DNA from: Blastocystis sp. Blastoise
Lineage: Eukaryota > Protista > Bigyra: Opalinata
Assembly (NCBI GenBank): GCA_039096225.1
Contig: JBBPEB010000013.1
Location: 1,612,001 to 1,676,000 of the forward strand
Reading direction: 5' to 3'
DNA length: 64,000 nucleotides
Under the pieces are notes generated by a model. The model saw only the letters and a list, made by a program, of their open reading frames with translations, had not been told where the DNA came from and did no database searches. The position numbers were made by a program, and so were the translations under genes. Below, in pieces: positions 63,207 to 64,000 of the stretch (its first letter is position 1; each line of letters begins with the position of its first letter).

Positions 63207-64000
63207 CCGGTAATAAAATTAATTAAGGAGATATGTATACGTCATTCTGATCCTCATTATATATTATTATATAAAGAATATAAACGACAATATTACAAAG
63301 AATGTTATCCTGAAGCTTATAATGCTTATATTTCTACTCATCCAGATATAGAATCATTCTCTTTATATTGTAATAAAATTCGATTACATTCACGAAGAAA
63401 CAATGCGAATAATCATCAAGAAGAAAATATTATTCATCATGAAATAATACCTATTAATATTGATGAAGAAATACAGAATGAAAAAATTACCAAGAAACTT
63501 AATTTATATACAGATTCAATTTATGAATATATTCCAATTAGTCATGAACAAAAATTAGTGAAAAAAAGCAATGAAACTATTATTTCTAAAGAAGAATTTA
63601 GTTCTTATACTTTTTCTTTTTGTGACGAAGATGGACGTATATAATATTTATAATATATTTTATTATATTTTTTAAATATAGATCTGAATACTTCGCATCC
63701 AACAATATCGTATTTATAAACTTATTTAAATTTTTTAGTGTTATATATATATATTTATAGATTTATTGTAATACCCTATAATATCTAAATTATTATTTAT
63801 ATTATATATATAGCCGTGGAAGATGTGAACCTCCTTGTATTCAAATCGATAATTATCTACTCAAATTACCTGTTTTTAAACAATTAAGAAATTGTCTGGA
63901 CTGTATATTATATTTATATATATATATATATATATATAGTTGGCAGCTATTATAAATTAGAAACAGTTTCCCCTTTTTTCAAATCACTAAGTGAAGGAAT
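62366..64000 (+). CDS. Unknown protein with N-terminal BTB/POZ-like (KCTD-type) domain, runs off window
   Basis: FLKRYPTSLLSKALE...AYYIDSSRFSVDSLILLM...ICEIKKAANYF resembles a KCTD-type BTB; frame continues through GT-AG introns and one apparent GA-AG junction. Confidence 0.55.

Overview
Very AT-rich eukaryotic nuclear DNA: gene-dense, with many short spliceosomal introns, many of them inflated by (AT)n/(AAT)n microsatellites. The gene content and intron style suggest a stramenopile gut protist such as Blastocystis or a relative (inference only). Hand splicing gives 18 protein-coding genes, two of them truncated by the window edges. In order: TRAPPC6/Trs33 (3' part), mitochondrial Hsp90 TRAP1, organellar lysyl-tRNA synthetase, XPF/ERCC4, a TRIC/TMEM38-like channel, CDP-DAG synthase, a 2-TM unknown, a type II membrane protein, an ER DnaJ, an EF-hand/CorA fusion, PIG-A, an ML-domain lipid-binding protein, a type I membrane unknown, an M28/ERMP1-like peptidase, Rab6, a divergent Mic60/mitofilin, Mo25/CAB39, glycogen debranching enzyme and a BTB-like protein (5' part). 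There is also a U4 snRNA gene. Most short ORFs in the supplied track are translated intronic microsatellites. The most notable signals are: (1) two CpG-centred palindromes, CCGCGG (17 exact copies, with consensus flanks) and CACGTG (20 copies), written into exons in different reading frames and apparently absent from introns, suggesting a DNA-level code overlaid on coding sequence; (2) two minor-spliceosome (U12-type) introns with non-canonical ends (AT-AT and AT-AG) and an identical TTCCTTAAT+7 nt branch-to-acceptor spacing; (3) two further apparent non-canonical junctions (GT-AA, GA-AG); (4) major introns bracketed by self-complementary (TA)n ends. All exon structures are hand-inferred from reading frame and homology, not from RNA data.
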